From an uncultured Clostridia bacterium (GTDB lineage: Bacteria; Bacillota; Clostridia; Christensenellales; UBA1242): a DNA stretch of 64,000 nucleotides. Each line of letters begins with the position of its first letter. Position 1 is the first letter of the stretch. Below are positions 20,556 to 29,997 of this stretch, in pieces. Position numbers and translations under genes: made by a program. The notes beneath the pieces were generated by a model. The model saw only the letters and a list, made by a program, of their open reading frames with translations. It did not search any database and was not told the origin of the DNA. The stretch is taken from positions 815 through 64,814 of the forward strand of contig CAMSQA010000001.1 in NCBI GenBank assembly GCA_947062475.1, in the 5' to 3' direction.

Positions 20556-21841
20556 TTTGATTCTCCCACTTTTTGTAATTTTTTCATTTGTCGAGCCTGT
20601 CTATCTTTTTTCAATTCTTTTCTGTTTGCATACCGAACATATTTTTTGACAGTTCTTTTAATCTTTTTTAAATTAATTTTGCAAGCTTTCAAATCTTTAT
20701 AATCAGCCTGTGGCTGCGATAATATGAAATTTGCAAGATCTCCTATTGCATTTTTTCTGAAAGTTTTTGTTTTTTCAACCATTTCATTAAGCTTGTCCTC
20801 TTGGTCAAGCAAAACAGAAATTTGTTTTTCAAGTTCTTTCTTATTATTAAAAGCAAGTGAAACGCCTTTTTCTTGCATATACTGAAGATTGTATTTTTCT
20901 TGTGCTGGAATTTTTGTAGTCACAAGCATAGGCAAACCTTTATTTAACGCTTCTGTTACAGAAGCCCCACCGCATTTGTTTATTATAAAATCTGAAGCTG
21001 ACATATATAAATAAATTTGATCTGTGAAACCCACATTGACAACCATTATATTGTCATTGAATTTCATTCTTTCTATTCTTTTAAAACTCTTTTTATCACG
21101 ACCATTTATCATGATAATTTGAACATTTCTTTCACCAACAGATTTTAATAAATCGCAGAATATTTTATAGCCACCACTCCAATTTCCGCCACCAAACATA
21201 ACCATAATTGTTGGCAAATTTTCATCTATCCCAAGTTCTCTTCGTGCATCTTTCTTTTCAATCTGCTCAAGAGAATGTTCATCTACAGGCAAACCTAAAG
21301 GCAAGAGTTGATTTAGAGAAAATCCCTCTTCAATGCACTCTTCAATGAAATCCTCATTAGGAATTGCAAAATAATCAACTCCTATTGCTGCCTCCCAAAA
21401 TGGAGAATTGACATAATCAAGACTTGAAACAATGACTTTGCAAGGAATGTCATACACAAGTCTTAAATCTGTGATTGCTATTGCTGGATAAAAATGCGTG
21501 CAATAAATGACATCAGGTTCAAACTCCAAAATTTCCTTCATCACACCGTCCACAGTTGAAAGCGAAGCCCCTTGTGCAGCACAAGCATATCTATGTACAG
21601 GTTTTATTCTTTTATACAAATTGTAAAACCTATCATAAGACCATGTTGCTCGACTAACTGCCCAATTATATCCGCCGTCTGCAAGCCAAGTAAAAAGCCA
21701 ATTTGAATAATTTTGCAACAGGTCGACCACTTTGACTTCGACTTCACTATCTATGCTTAAAAGTTTCTTTTTCATGCCACTGGCACATGCATTGTGAGCA
21801 TTTCCAGCAGTAACTGTAAAAATCAAAACCTTTTTTTTCAT
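20552..21841 (-). CDS. GT28-family diacylglycerol glycosyltransferase (MGDG synthase/UgtP-like)
   Basis: 429 aa. N-terminal TAGNAHN motif (MGDG_synth-like) and C-terminal GT-B region KCGGASVTEALNKGLPM. It has a basic C-terminal tail. Confidence 0.7.
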   Translation of the reverse strand: MKKKVLIFTVTAGNAHNACASGMKKKLLSIDSEVEVKVVDLLQNYSNWLFTWLADGGYNWAVSRATWSYDRFYNLYKRIKPVHRYACAAQGASLSTVDGVMKEILEFEPDVIYCTHFYPAIAITDLRLVYDIPCKVIVSSLDYVNSPFWEAAIGVDYFAIPNEDFIEECIEEGFSLNQLLPLGLPVDEHSLEQIEKKDARRELGIDENLPTIMVMFGGGNWSGGYKIFCDLLKSVGERNVQIIMINGRDKKSFKRIERMKFNDNIMVVNVGFTDQIYLYMSASDFIINKCGGASVTEALNKGLPMLVTTKIPAQEKYNLQYMQEKGVSLAFNNKKELEKQISVLLDQEDKLNEMVEKTKTFRKNAIGDLANFILSQPQADYKDLKACKINLKKIKRTVKKYVRYANRKELKKDRQARQMKKLQKVGESK

Positions 21842-22167
21842 ATAAATCCTTTTTATTAAAACAATATTAAGATAATGTTCTTTTCGAACGAAAATATTTT
21901 AGCACATATAAAAGCAAATTGCAATAAATTGAATATAAAAATCATAAGAAAATTATTCTTTAATGTCAACAAAACCAGACTTTTCGCTTATAAAAGAGCA
22001 AAATTAAGAAAAGTCATAAAATTATCACAATTTTTTTATCTCTTTCCCCCTATTTTAAGGTGAAAACACGTCTGTAAAAATTCAAATTCTCTATTTATTT
22101 TTTTTCAGCAAAGCATTCATAAAAAAACACAGTCTTTTGATTTAAGCCTGTGCAATTTTGTTTATAT

Positions 22168-22737
22168 TTATTTATTAATATGATATGGGTTTTTCTTAAT
22201 TATCATTTGTCCTGGATTTGCTACATTTATCATAAATTTATCACCTGTTCTTGGCCAGTAATGCTTACAAGAGCTATTAAGGCAGACAAAACGGAGAAGA
22301 TTTAAGTCTTTTTCTGCAGAAAATATACCTATGCAACCTTTTGCTATTGCAGTGGCAATCCTCAAACCTGTTGGAATGATCTTATCTGAAAAAAGTGTTG
22401 CTTTCCTGCAGCCAGGACATAATAAACCTGGAACATGAGGCCCAAAATCATTTGCCGAAGCTATCGCTTTCATTTTTTTCATATTTGGCCTGCTTTTAAG
22501 CTTATCCATCATGGCTTTTACGCCCTTCTTGTCTCCACCTTTATAGCCACCTTCTTCCTCTTTTTCATCATCGGGATCATCACCATATGGATGCTCATTA
22601 TCTTCTTCAGAAGAATTATCTTCATCATCATTATCTTGTTTATCATCGTCATTCATATCATCGTCATCATCAAAGTCGAAGTCATCATCAAAATCTATCA
22701 TTAAGCACCTCTCATCTATTAATATATTTTTAACCAT
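22168..22737 (-). CDS. Hypothetical protein: poly-Asp/Glu N-terminal half plus a C-terminal 4-Cys zinc-ribbon-like domain
   Basis: 189 aa. An acidic run (DFDDDFDFDDDDDMNDDD...) is followed by CPGC...C..SSC. The true start is probably an internal Met (MIDFDDD). Confidence 0.4.
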   Translation of the reverse strand: MVKNILIDERCLMIDFDDDFDFDDDDDMNDDDKQDNDDEDNSSEEDNEHPYGDDPDDEKEEEGGYKGGDKKGVKAMMDKLKSRPNMKKMKAIASANDFGPHVPGLLCPGCRKATLFSDKIIPTGLRIATAIAKGCIGIFSAEKDLNLLRFVCLNSSCKHYWPRTGDKFMINVANPGQMIIKKNPYHINK

Positions 22738-22773
22738 TCATTTCAAGCAAAACAAAAATGTTTTTTGAATTTG

Positions 22774-23349
22774 TCAATATCCTGTCCTAAGTTCGCTGAT
22801 CACAACATTGTCTTTATTTACGCCAATCTTGCAGTCATAAACTGAAAATTCAATTATAACATTATAAAGTTCATAATCAGCGATATATCGTAATATTTTT
22901 GAAATGCCAGGTATTTTCCATAATTTGTCATCTTCTAGGTTTGTATGAAGATTGTATTTTGGATTTTCATAAATATTTCTATGTGTTGCTTCAATATCAT
23001 CACGAGCCGTCAAATCAACAGTCTGCGAATAAAGATCTTTATGAACAATGATATCTCCCACCAAAATAATATCTTCTTTATAAGGATTGTAAGAGACATC
23101 TATTGTGACATCTTCTTCAAAGTATTTCAGTTTTTCTTTTGCTTCATCAAAGTTTTTGACAAAGAAGAAATCACCCTTAGCCTTGTTTGCACTTCGAAGA
23201 ACATATTCTTCTGCTGGATATGAGTTGATAAAGTTTTCAATCCCTTTTTCATCGGTCACCTGAAAAACATCAAGAGGAAAATAATTTAATCTCATTTCCT
23301 TCATCTTAACAATACTATCTTTCTTATCTTTAATTTCAATCATGTTCAC
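22774..23349 (-). CDS. Hypothetical protein
   Basis: 191-aa ORF with normal codon and amino-acid composition. No family recognised. Confidence 0.4.
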   Translation of the reverse strand: MNMIEIKDKKDSIVKMKEMRLNYFPLDVFQVTDEKGIENFINSYPAEEYVLRSANKAKGDFFFVKNFDEAKEKLKYFEEDVTIDVSYNPYKEDIILVGDIIVHKDLYSQTVDLTARDDIEATHRNIYENPKYNLHTNLEDDKLWKIPGISKILRYIADYELYNVIIEFSVYDCKIGVNKDNVVISELRTGY

Positions 23350-23491
23350 CTCATAATTATTTTTAGTCGGCCTATAAATGATAACTATATTTTATCATAT
23401 ATTTTAGTATTTGCAAAACAAAAACAAATAAAACTGAAAATTGATTTATTTCAATATACATAATTTCATTTTTTAAGCCCATAATAAATAT

Positions 23492-24160
23492 ATGAAATTT
23501 CTTCCTATTGTTTTAGCATGCCTATCGCTATCATCTCCTGTTTGCGATTATAAAATTGGCAGCGTAATCGAAAGTGACAAGTTCAATCATATAAGCCTTT
23601 GCAGTGAAGGTAAAATTTATCGTGAAAACATTGAAATAAAAGTGAAAAATGGAGAAAACGAAATCATTGTTGAACCTAATGTAAATATGGGATACAACCC
23701 ACAAATTTATGTCGCAAACTTTGCAGACAATGGGCTTGAACAGGTGTTATATTCTGTTGAAAGTGGTGGCAGTGGTGGATACAGCTTCTATCAAATGTTT
23801 TCTTTTAAGGGAGAAAAGCCACAGTCTTTGTTTGATAGTGAAGATTTCAATCCAAATATAGAAGCTTCATATATAGAAAATAATATTATCGAAATAAACT
23901 ATGAAGGGAAAAAGCTATATCTTGATAGTTCAAATTCAGGCTGTCAAAACAAAGATGATTGCACTCTATATATAAGCAGTGTCAATACAATCGTTCCATA
24001 TTTCAATATTGCCCTCGACCGATATTATCTTGAAATTTATCAAAGGATTTTTGGTGGCTATCAAGCAAATAGCTTTGGCTATATTGTCAGTCTAATTGAA
24101 GTAAATGAAGATGGCTATAAAACAATCAATATCGGAGTCACTTCAAACTTTGATTATTAA
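23492..24160 (+). CDS. Hypothetical secreted protein or lipoprotein
   Basis: 222 aa. N-terminal signal-like MKFLPIVLACLSLSSPVC. Followed by a terminator. Confidence 0.45.
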   Translation: MKFLPIVLACLSLSSPVCDYKIGSVIESDKFNHISLCSEGKIYRENIEIKVKNGENEIIVEPNVNMGYNPQIYVANFADNGLEQVLYSVESGGSGGYSFYQMFSFKGEKPQSLFDSEDFNPNIEASYIENNIIEINYEGKKLYLDSSNSGCQNKDDCTLYISSVNTIVPYFNIALDRYYLEIYQRIFGGYQANSFGYIVSLIEVNEDGYKTINIGVTSNFDY

Positions 24161-24163
24161 AAA

Positions 24164-24192
24164 AGACTTAGTTTAAACTAAGCCCTTTTTTC
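24164..24192. terminator. Bidirectional rho-independent terminator
   Basis: 16-nt palindrome CTTAGTTTAAACTAAG flanked by A-runs and T-runs. Confidence 0.55.
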
Positions 24193-24197
24193 TTAAA

Positions 24198-24431
24198 TTA
24201 ATCAATCCAGAATACATGACCCATTACAAGAATGCAAATGATGTCAATAAGCCACAAGAATGGAATCCCGATGATAATCAAAATCACAGCAAGTATCACT
24301 CCGAAATAGCTCTTTTTATCAAGAGATCTAATTATTCTATATACAACCCAAATGATATCAAGCATAGGTAGCGCAAGAACAACTTTTGCCCAAAGAGGCA
24401 ATTTTTCCATAGCAACGATGATATCTTTCAT
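24198..24431 (-). CDS. Small two-TM membrane protein
   Basis: 77 aa with two hydrophobic helices. It lies downstream of the amidase-domain gene. Confidence 0.45.
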   Translation of the reverse strand: MKDIIVAMEKLPLWAKVVLALPMLDIIWVVYRIIRSLDKKSYFGVILAVILIIIGIPFLWLIDIICILVMGHVFWID

Positions 24432-24485
24432 AATGTCCTCCCATTAAATTTTCTTAATTTATTATATAATAAATTCTTTTGTTTG

Positions 24486-24995
24486 TCAATAGTTATTTAT
24501 ACCTTCAATGTGAATTGGCAATGCCTCTAAGAAAAAAAATTCGTCAAGGGGTTTATCTTTTGCATCGTTTGAATGGGCACAAACAAATATTCTTCCTCCC
24601 ATTATCTTTGTCACAATGACGCTATGGTTGAAATGTGATGGATTTTGGCGAAGCTGAATTATATCACCTTCTTCTATATTATTTAAATTTACTATCTTTC
24701 CGTATGGTCCTTTTGTAGAACTTTTTCTTAATAAAAAGTTCATAAGTTGCCCGACTCCAGTCCAACTGGGTGAACGACTTGATACACTATTGTAAAACCA
24801 TCCATTTATATAATCATAGTTCATCACACCGCCGCCTGCCAATAGACATTGAGATATAAAATTTGTGCAATCTCCACCTATTCCACCAAAATGATAGAAC
24901 TTTGGATTTGCACCAAGTGCCCACTTTCTTGCGTAATCCACCGCCGCCCTTCTGTCATAAAAAACAGCCATATTTAGATATATGAAAATATGCAC
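24486..24995 (-). CDS. Putative amidase-domain protein (Amidase_6-like, papain-fold)
   Basis: 169 aa. YDRRAAVDYARKWAL...GGDCTNFISQCLLAGG and a later H (NHSVIV) fit the 'putative amidase domain' family. Confidence 0.6.
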   Translation of the reverse strand: MHIFIYLNMAVFYDRRAAVDYARKWALGANPKFYHFGGIGGDCTNFISQCLLAGGGVMNYDYINGWFYNSVSSRSPSWTGVGQLMNFLLRKSSTKGPYGKIVNLNNIEEGDIIQLRQNPSHFNHSVIVTKIMGGRIFVCAHSNDAKDKPLDEFFFLEALPIHIEGINNY

Positions 24996-25102
24996 AAAAA
25001 TGTTAATTGAAAAAATTGCTTAAATTTCTATATTGACAGCGTTTCATATTTACTAATTAAACCTTAAACCTAAATAAAGATCCTTCTTTAATAAAAGCAA
25101 GC

Positions 25103-25132
25103 AAAAAAGCACCCTAAACAAAAGGTGCTTTT
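25103..25132 (-). terminator. Rho-independent terminator downstream of the argS operon
   Basis: AGCACC/GGTGCT hairpin with a T-run on the minus strand. Confidence 0.5.
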
Positions 25133-25145
25133 CAAAGGTCTAAGA

Positions 25146-25352
25146 TTAAAGACCCATTTCTTCTTCATAATCATTATAGATTTCTGCGTCAATTTTTTTG
25201 ATTTTATCAATGCGAATATCGTTCTTTCTTGCAATAGTCATTCCACTAAACAACTCTTTATCAATACCATAAGAAAGTGGACGACCACCCTTTTTCAATA
25301 CTGCTGTCATAATTCCTCCGTTTTCTTCTGAATATATAATAGCACATTTCAT
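25146..25352 (-). CDS. Hypothetical small protein downstream of argS
   Basis: 68-aa ORF co-oriented with argS, 31 nt downstream, and followed by a terminator. No family recognised. Confidence 0.3.
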   Translation of the reverse strand: MKCAIIYSEENGGIMTAVLKKGGRPLSYGIDKELFSGMTIARKNDIRIDKIKKIDAEIYNDYEEEMGL

Positions 25353-25383
25353 CAGATTTGTAAATACCTTTTTTAAAATTTAT

Positions 25384-27147
25384 TTACATTTTTTTAGGGA
25401 CTTTTATTGCAAGCACATCAAGAGCTTGCAACATTTTTTTACGCACCAAAGTGATGAGAGAAATAAAACTTTTTTGTCTGTTTTCATCGCATTCATTAAT
25501 AATGTTGTGATTGTTATAGAAGGTTGCAAAAGCACTTGCAAGATCATATAGAGCTGTGCATAATGCATTGAGCGAGCGGTCTCGATAACAAATCTGATAT
25601 GCAGAATTAAGTTTTATTATAGAGCGAATAATCTCACGTTCTTCTTCGCAGGATATGAAAATATCGCCACCCTGTTTGCCATTAAGTTTTTCAAGAATTG
25701 AATTTATACGCACCACCATATATTGAAGATATGGTCCAGTCTTGCCTTCAAAAGCCATGAATTTATCTATATCAAAAACATAATCCTTGCTGACAGTGTT
25801 TGATAGATCTCCAAACTTCATTGCTCCAACTCCAATTATAAGAGCAGTTTCATCATCAGAAGAAGCACCATTTGAGGTGAGTTTTTCTTTTGCTTTGTTC
25901 ATAAGAAGCTCAATGATGTCCTCAAGCTTAACTGTCTCACCTGAACGTGTCTTGAAAGGTTTTCCATCGCTGCCATTCATAGTCCCATTGACAATATGAA
26001 TAAGCTTTTGCCCCTCAGGTGAAATACCACTTTTCTTGCAAACTCGAAACACCTGCTTAAAATGCATCTTCTGTCTGCCATCAGTTACATATTCAATGCG
26101 GTCAAGTTTATATTCTTTATTACGCATAAGAATTGTTGCAATATCAGTTGTTGCATAGAGATATGCTCCATTGGATTTTTGAATTAAACATGGTGGCATT
26201 GGATTGTTATATCTTATGCTTCCATCCTCATTTACCCCTGCTGGAATATTTTCACCTTCGTCCGCAACTTCAACAATTAATGCGCCTTCACTCTTTTTCG
26301 CAAGACCTTTTTCCTTGATAAGTTTTACTGCTTCGTCGCAGAAATCATGGGCATCACTTTCTCCCTTCCAAAGCTCAAAACAAGCACCAAGTTTGAGATA
26401 ATTTGCAGAAATTTCTTTTACAGACAATTCCCTGATAATTTTGTAAACATCATAATAAGGACTTTCTTTTTGCTGAATTTTCAGTGTCCATTCTTCTGCC
26501 TTTTTCTTAAATTCTTCATCTATAGATTTTCTTTTGTTTGCTGCAGGATATGCTTCATTAAGGTCATCAATTGTGATTTGATAATTTCTTTCGCCATCTA
26601 CAAAATAGCCCTCAAGTTTGCCCTCTTCAAAAAGCTGAAGCTCTGTCAACCCCATCTGAAGTCCCCAGTCACCAAGATGAACATCGCTGATGACTTCATC
26701 ACCTAAAAGCCTATAAAGCCTTTTCAAACTCTCACCAATAATCGCAGGTCTGAGATGTCCAATATGAAGTGCTTTTGCAACGTTTGCGCCACCATAATCA
26801 AGCAAGATTTTTTGTGAAAGTTTATTTTTCTCAAGCCCTCCCAATTGATCAGAGAGCATGAAATTTGCAAGTTTTTCAAGCCCAGCATCCGTGACTTTAA
26901 TATTTATAAATGCAGGCTGTGAAACCTCAAATTCAAATTTGTCATTTTTATCAATTTGACTTATGATTTCATTTGCAATTTCAAAAGGTTTTTTGCCATA
27001 TTTCTTTGCCAGAGCAAAGCACCCATTACATTGAAAATCGCATATCCCCATATTAGAAAAACTGACCGACAAATTCTCGTCATAGCCAGCTTTCTCACAA
27101 GCATTTTTAAGTGTAAGTTCTATTTCTTTTATTAAGTTCATCCTCAC
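25384..27147 (-). CDS. argS: Arginine--tRNA ligase
   Basis: 587 aa. Class I HIGH motif (ALHIGHLRP) and a DALR anticodon-binding C-terminus. Confidence 0.95.
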   Translation of the reverse strand: MRMNLIKEIELTLKNACEKAGYDENLSVSFSNMGICDFQCNGCFALAKKYGKKPFEIANEIISQIDKNDKFEFEVSQPAFINIKVTDAGLEKLANFMLSDQLGGLEKNKLSQKILLDYGGANVAKALHIGHLRPAIIGESLKRLYRLLGDEVISDVHLGDWGLQMGLTELQLFEEGKLEGYFVDGERNYQITIDDLNEAYPAANKRKSIDEEFKKKAEEWTLKIQQKESPYYDVYKIIRELSVKEISANYLKLGACFELWKGESDAHDFCDEAVKLIKEKGLAKKSEGALIVEVADEGENIPAGVNEDGSIRYNNPMPPCLIQKSNGAYLYATTDIATILMRNKEYKLDRIEYVTDGRQKMHFKQVFRVCKKSGISPEGQKLIHIVNGTMNGSDGKPFKTRSGETVKLEDIIELLMNKAKEKLTSNGASSDDETALIIGVGAMKFGDLSNTVSKDYVFDIDKFMAFEGKTGPYLQYMVVRINSILEKLNGKQGGDIFISCEEEREIIRSIIKLNSAYQICYRDRSLNALCTALYDLASAFATFYNNHNIINECDENRQKSFISLITLVRKKMLQALDVLAIKVPKKM

Positions 27148-27233
27148 TCCAAATTTATCTTTAAAGTTTGTTTATACAATATGTTGTATCTATTCTTTCA
27201 AACATAATACAACTGGTCTTGCTATTATGCAGT

Positions 27234-27827
27234 TTAGTTTAATTCTCGTCTGCCTTCAAGTGCCCTTGAAAGAGTGACTTCATCGGCGTATTCAAGATCA
27301 CTGCCCATTGACACACCTTGTGCAAGTCTTGTCACTTTCACGCCAAGTGGAGAAAGAATTTTTGCAATATACATAGCTGTTGCATCACCCTCAACATCAG
27401 GGTTTGTCGCCATGATTACTTCCTCAACATCATCCTCTTTTACGCGAGCTAAAAGTTCTTTAATTTTGATGTCATTTGGCCCGCGATGTTCAAGCGGACT
27501 GATCGTCCCAAAAAGAACATGATAGACCCCAGAATAGGTTTTGACTTTTTCCATAGCAAGCACATCTTTAGGCTCTTTAACAACACATATAACTTTTCTG
27601 TTGCGACTAATGCAGATAGGACAAATTTCCCTATCAGTAAAGTTTCCGCATACCTGACAAAACCCAATTTTTTCTTTTGCTTCTAAAATTGTTTGACTAA
27701 ATCTTTTTGCACGCTCTTCTTTGCCTTCAATGATTGAAAAAGCATATCTCTGTGCAGTCTTATAGCCCACTCCAGGTAATGTGCGAAACTGCTCTATCAA
27801 TTTTTCAATAACATCTTCGTTGCTCAT
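27234..27827 (-). CDS. recR: Recombination protein RecR
   Basis: 197 aa. HhH N-terminus [12 protein letters not shown]4 zinc finger [16 protein letters not shown], Toprim domain. Confidence 0.95.
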   Translation of the reverse strand: MSNEDVIEKLIEQFRTLPGVGYKTAQRYAFSIIEGKEERAKRFSQTILEAKEKIGFCQVCGNFTDREICPICISRNRKVICVVKEPKDVLAMEKVKTYSGVYHVLFGTISPLEHRGPNDIKIKELLARVKEDDVEEVIMATNPDVEGDATAMYIAKILSPLGVKVTRLAQGVSMGSDLEYADEVTLSRALEGRRELN

Positions 27828-27836
27828 ATCACCGCC

Positions 27837-28160
27837 TTAGAAAAGTCCAGGAACCTGTGGCATACTTGCTTGCTCTTTGCGAGAAATTTGTTCAAGACAG
27901 TCATTTACTGCTGAGATGACAAGGTCCTCAAGCATCTCTTTATCTTCAGGATCAATTACCTCATCTTTAATGCTGATAGATTGCATAACTCTTGCACCAG
28001 TCATCTTGACTTCAACCATTCCACCACCAACTGATGATGTGAATATGCTTTCTTCAAGCTCTTGCTTGGCTCTTGCCATATCCTCTTGCATCTTTTGAGC
28101 TTGACGCATAAGTTGCCCCATATTTGCTCCGCCAAATCCTCCAAAATTATTGTATCCCAT
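27837..28160 (-). CDS. ybaB: Nucleoid-associated protein YbaB/EbfC
   Basis: 107 aa. Motifs: MGQLMRQAQKMQEDMARAKQELE, VEVKMTG. It occupies the canonical position between dnaX and recR. Confidence 0.9.
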   Translation of the reverse strand: MGYNNFGGFGGANMGQLMRQAQKMQEDMARAKQELEESIFTSSVGGGMVEVKMTGARVMQSISIKDEVIDPEDKEMLEDLVISAVNDCLEQISRKEQASMPQVPGLF

Positions 28161-28163
28161 TTT

Positions 28164-28508
28164 TTACCTCCAATTTTTTCTATCAATAAGTTGTATTTCT
28201 CCAAAAACCTCTTTCAGTCTCTTTTTGTCATATTCGCTGTCAGAAATTTGCACTTTTTTCAAGTTGACTTCAACATCAAGTTCAAGCCCCTGCCACCGCA
28301 ATGCCCGCTCGATAATCCCCTTCCCTTCAAGAAGAAGTTTTGCAAGCATTTGTTCAACAACGTTGATGACAAGCTTGCCATCAGCAATCGTCACATCGGT
28401 GATGTCTCCGCATGCAACATGAAGAGCAACATGCCTGTTTTCTTTTAAATAAAGCACCACCTTTCCCCAAACCGTCTTTGCAGTCAGTGGCATTTTATCT
28501 GTCACCAT
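28164..28508 (-). CDS. Detached DnaX (tau) C-terminal-domain-like ORF, in the -1 frame relative to dnaX
   Basis: 114 aa. It starts 2 nt after the dnaX stop and has no Shine-Dalgarno. The pattern W..V...LK....L...L.....V...DG.L.I resembles the C-terminal domain of Firmicute DnaX. Confidence 0.5.
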   Translation of the reverse strand: MVTDKMPLTAKTVWGKVVLYLKENRHVALHVACGDITDVTIADGKLVINVVEQMLAKLLLEGKGIIERALRWQGLELDVEVNLKKVQISDSEYDKKRLKEVFGEIQLIDRKNWR

Positions 28509-28510
28509 TT

Positions 28511-29623
28511 TCAGTTTTTTTTTACTTCATCACTGCCAATTCCAGACATAACTGAAAGCGAAAGCGTTTCAAGCAGCAAGCGTGGTGAAATTGTATATCT
28601 CAATTCATTCTCAGCCCCGCCAAAACTTTGCATATAGCTGATAAGAAGCCTCTCATCAAATTCTTCTGATTGCTCTTTAAGCCTTTTAAAACTCTCATCT
28701 GCCATATTCAATATGTCATTTGGTTTTGCACAACTCTTGCAAACAAGCAAGTTGCGTGCATGCTTTGAAAGGTCCTTGACAAGAATAGACATATTTTTGC
28801 CCCCCTCGTCAAGCTTGCTTACAAGCTGCAAAAGCCCACCAATATCTTTGTTTTTAAGCTTGTCAAAGTATTCAATCATAAGACTTTCATCTGTTGAGCC
28901 CAGCACCTTTTGAACACCTTCAAGTGTGACCTTGCCAATTGAATATGCAATCACACTGTCAGCAATTGAAAGTGTATCTCTCACACTGCCCTCGCCCGCA
29001 AGAGCTATCGCTTTAAGGGCTTCATCATCATAAGAGATATTCTCACTGTCAAAGACCTTTTTAAGAAGTCCTACAAGTTCATCAAGACCAACCAACCTAA
29101 AATCAAATCTCACACACCTAGAAAGTATTGTTGCAGGCAACTTGTGAGCCTCTGTCGTTGCCAAGATAAATATTACGTGTTTTGGTGGCTCTTCCAAAGT
29201 TTTCAAAAGTGCATTGAAGGCAGAGTCTGTCAACATATGAACTTCATCTATAATATAAACCTTATATTTTGCATCAACAGGTGCAAACTTAACCTTCTCA
29301 CGAAGCTCTCTCACATCGTCAACCCTGTTGTTTGATGCGGCATCGATCTCAATTATATTGATGTCATTTTGCCTTTCAAGCTTTTGACAACTTTCACACC
29401 TGCCACAAGGCGAACCATTTTGATTGTCAAGACAATTGACCGCCCTTGCAAGTATTCTCGCAATGGAAGTTTTGCCTATCCCGCGTGAACCAGTAAACAA
29501 ATATGCATGCCCAATGCTGCCCGAAGCAATCTGATTTTTAAGTGCCCGAGTGATATGCTCCTGCCCAACAACTTCATCAAAATTTGAAGGGCGATATTTT
29601 CTATATAAAGCAAGATGTTCCAT
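28511..29623 (-). CDS. dnaX: DNA polymerase III subunit gamma/tau (domains I-III only in the zero frame)
   Basis: 370 aa. P-loop GSRGIGKTS, zinc module CGRCESCQK, box VII SRC. It ends at a TGA immediately after the A9 run. Confidence 0.93.
   Translation of the reverse strand: MEHLALYRKYRPSNFDEVVGQEHITRALKNQIASGSIGHAYLFTGSRGIGKTSIARILARAVNCLDNQNGSPCGRCESCQKLERQNDINIIEIDAASNNRVDDVRELREKVKFAPVDAKYKVYIIDEVHMLTDSAFNALLKTLEEPPKHVIFILATTEAHKLPATILSRCVRFDFRLVGLDELVGLLKKVFDSENISYDDEALKAIALAGEGSVRDTLSIADSVIAYSIGKVTLEGVQKVLGSTDESLMIEYFDKLKNKDIGGLLQLVSKLDEGGKNMSILVKDLSKHARNLLVCKSCAKPNDILNMADESFKRLKEQSEEFDERLLISYMQSFGGAENELRYTISPRLLLETLSLSVMSGIGSDEVKKN
28515..28523 (-). other. A9 homopolymer (slippery run) at the 3' end of dnaX
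   Basis: The minus strand reads GAA GTA AAA AAA AAC TGA AA ATG. The -1 frame is open across the run and leads into the downstream ORF. Confidence 0.4.
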
Positions 29624-29683
29624 GAATCTCCTTTTGTCATAAGTATAACTTTTTTAAAGAAAAAAATCAATTGATTTCAAACA

Positions 29684-29887
29684 TTAATCCTCAAGACCCG
29701 CCAAATAGTCTAATGAAACTTTAAAATATTGTGCAATTGCAATTACCGCATCTAAGTTTGGAACTCTTTCATTCCTTTCCCATTGTCCAATTCCAGTTCC
29801 AGAAAGTCCAACTTTTTTCGCAAGTTGAGATTGTGTTAATTTATTTTCTATTCTTAATTCTTTTAATCTTTCGGCAAACTTATTCAT
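29684..29887 (-). CDS. XRE-family helix-turn-helix transcriptional regulator
   Basis: 67 aa. LTQSQLAKKVGLSGTGIGQWERNERVPNLD is a typical HTH_3. Confidence 0.85.
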   Translation of the reverse strand: MNKFAERLKELRIENKLTQSQLAKKVGLSGTGIGQWERNERVPNLDAVIAIAQYFKVSLDYLAGLED

Positions 29888-29929
29888 ATAAACCTCTCAT
29901 TTATTTTACATCAAATGAGGTTAAAATAA

Positions 29930-29958
29930 TTGACAAAACTCAAATGAGGTGTTATAAT
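29930..29958 (+). promoter_or_regulatory. Sigma-A-type promoter (TTGACA-17-TATAAT) for the 76-aa ORF, overlapped by operator-like repeats
   Basis: Perfect -35 and -10 hexamers. The 11-mer TCAAATGAGGT occurs at 29911-29921 and 29940-29950, with an inverted near-copy ACCTCAAACGA at 29960-29970. Confidence 0.5.
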
Positions 29959-29997
29959 AACCTCAAACGAGTTAAATATTTTGAAAGGAGTTAAAAA

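Noticed and set aside
20552-21841. The GT28-family glycosyltransferase as the missing murG of the dcw cluster.
   Set aside because: The N-terminal TAGNAHN/MGDG-synthase-type motif, the basic C-terminal tail and the operon context with DegV and SDR point to a glycolipid (diacylglycerol) glycosyltransferase. It is also not located in the dcw block.
22435-22704. 89-aa plus-strand ORF opposite the acidic zinc-ribbon gene.
   Set aside because: It is the complement of GAT/GAA-rich coding sequence, which gives an Ile/Phe-rich pseudo-membrane protein. The minus-strand ORF has the structured zinc-ribbon domain and a terminator.
25125-25331. 68-aa plus-strand ORF overlapping the 68-aa minus-strand ORF downstream of argS.
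   Set aside because: Only one can be real. The minus-strand ORF is co-oriented with argS and followed by a terminator, while the plus-strand product is Phe/Ile/Cys-rich. Even the minus-strand call is low confidence.
28509-28513. The possibility that the dnaX TGA is recoded (alternative genetic code), so that dnaX reads through.
   Set aside because: Read-through in the zero frame hits another TGA after two codons (AAA TGG TGA) and is not in phase with the downstream ORF. The conserved sleB also ends cleanly at TGA. Frameshift, slippage or a homopolymer error fits better.
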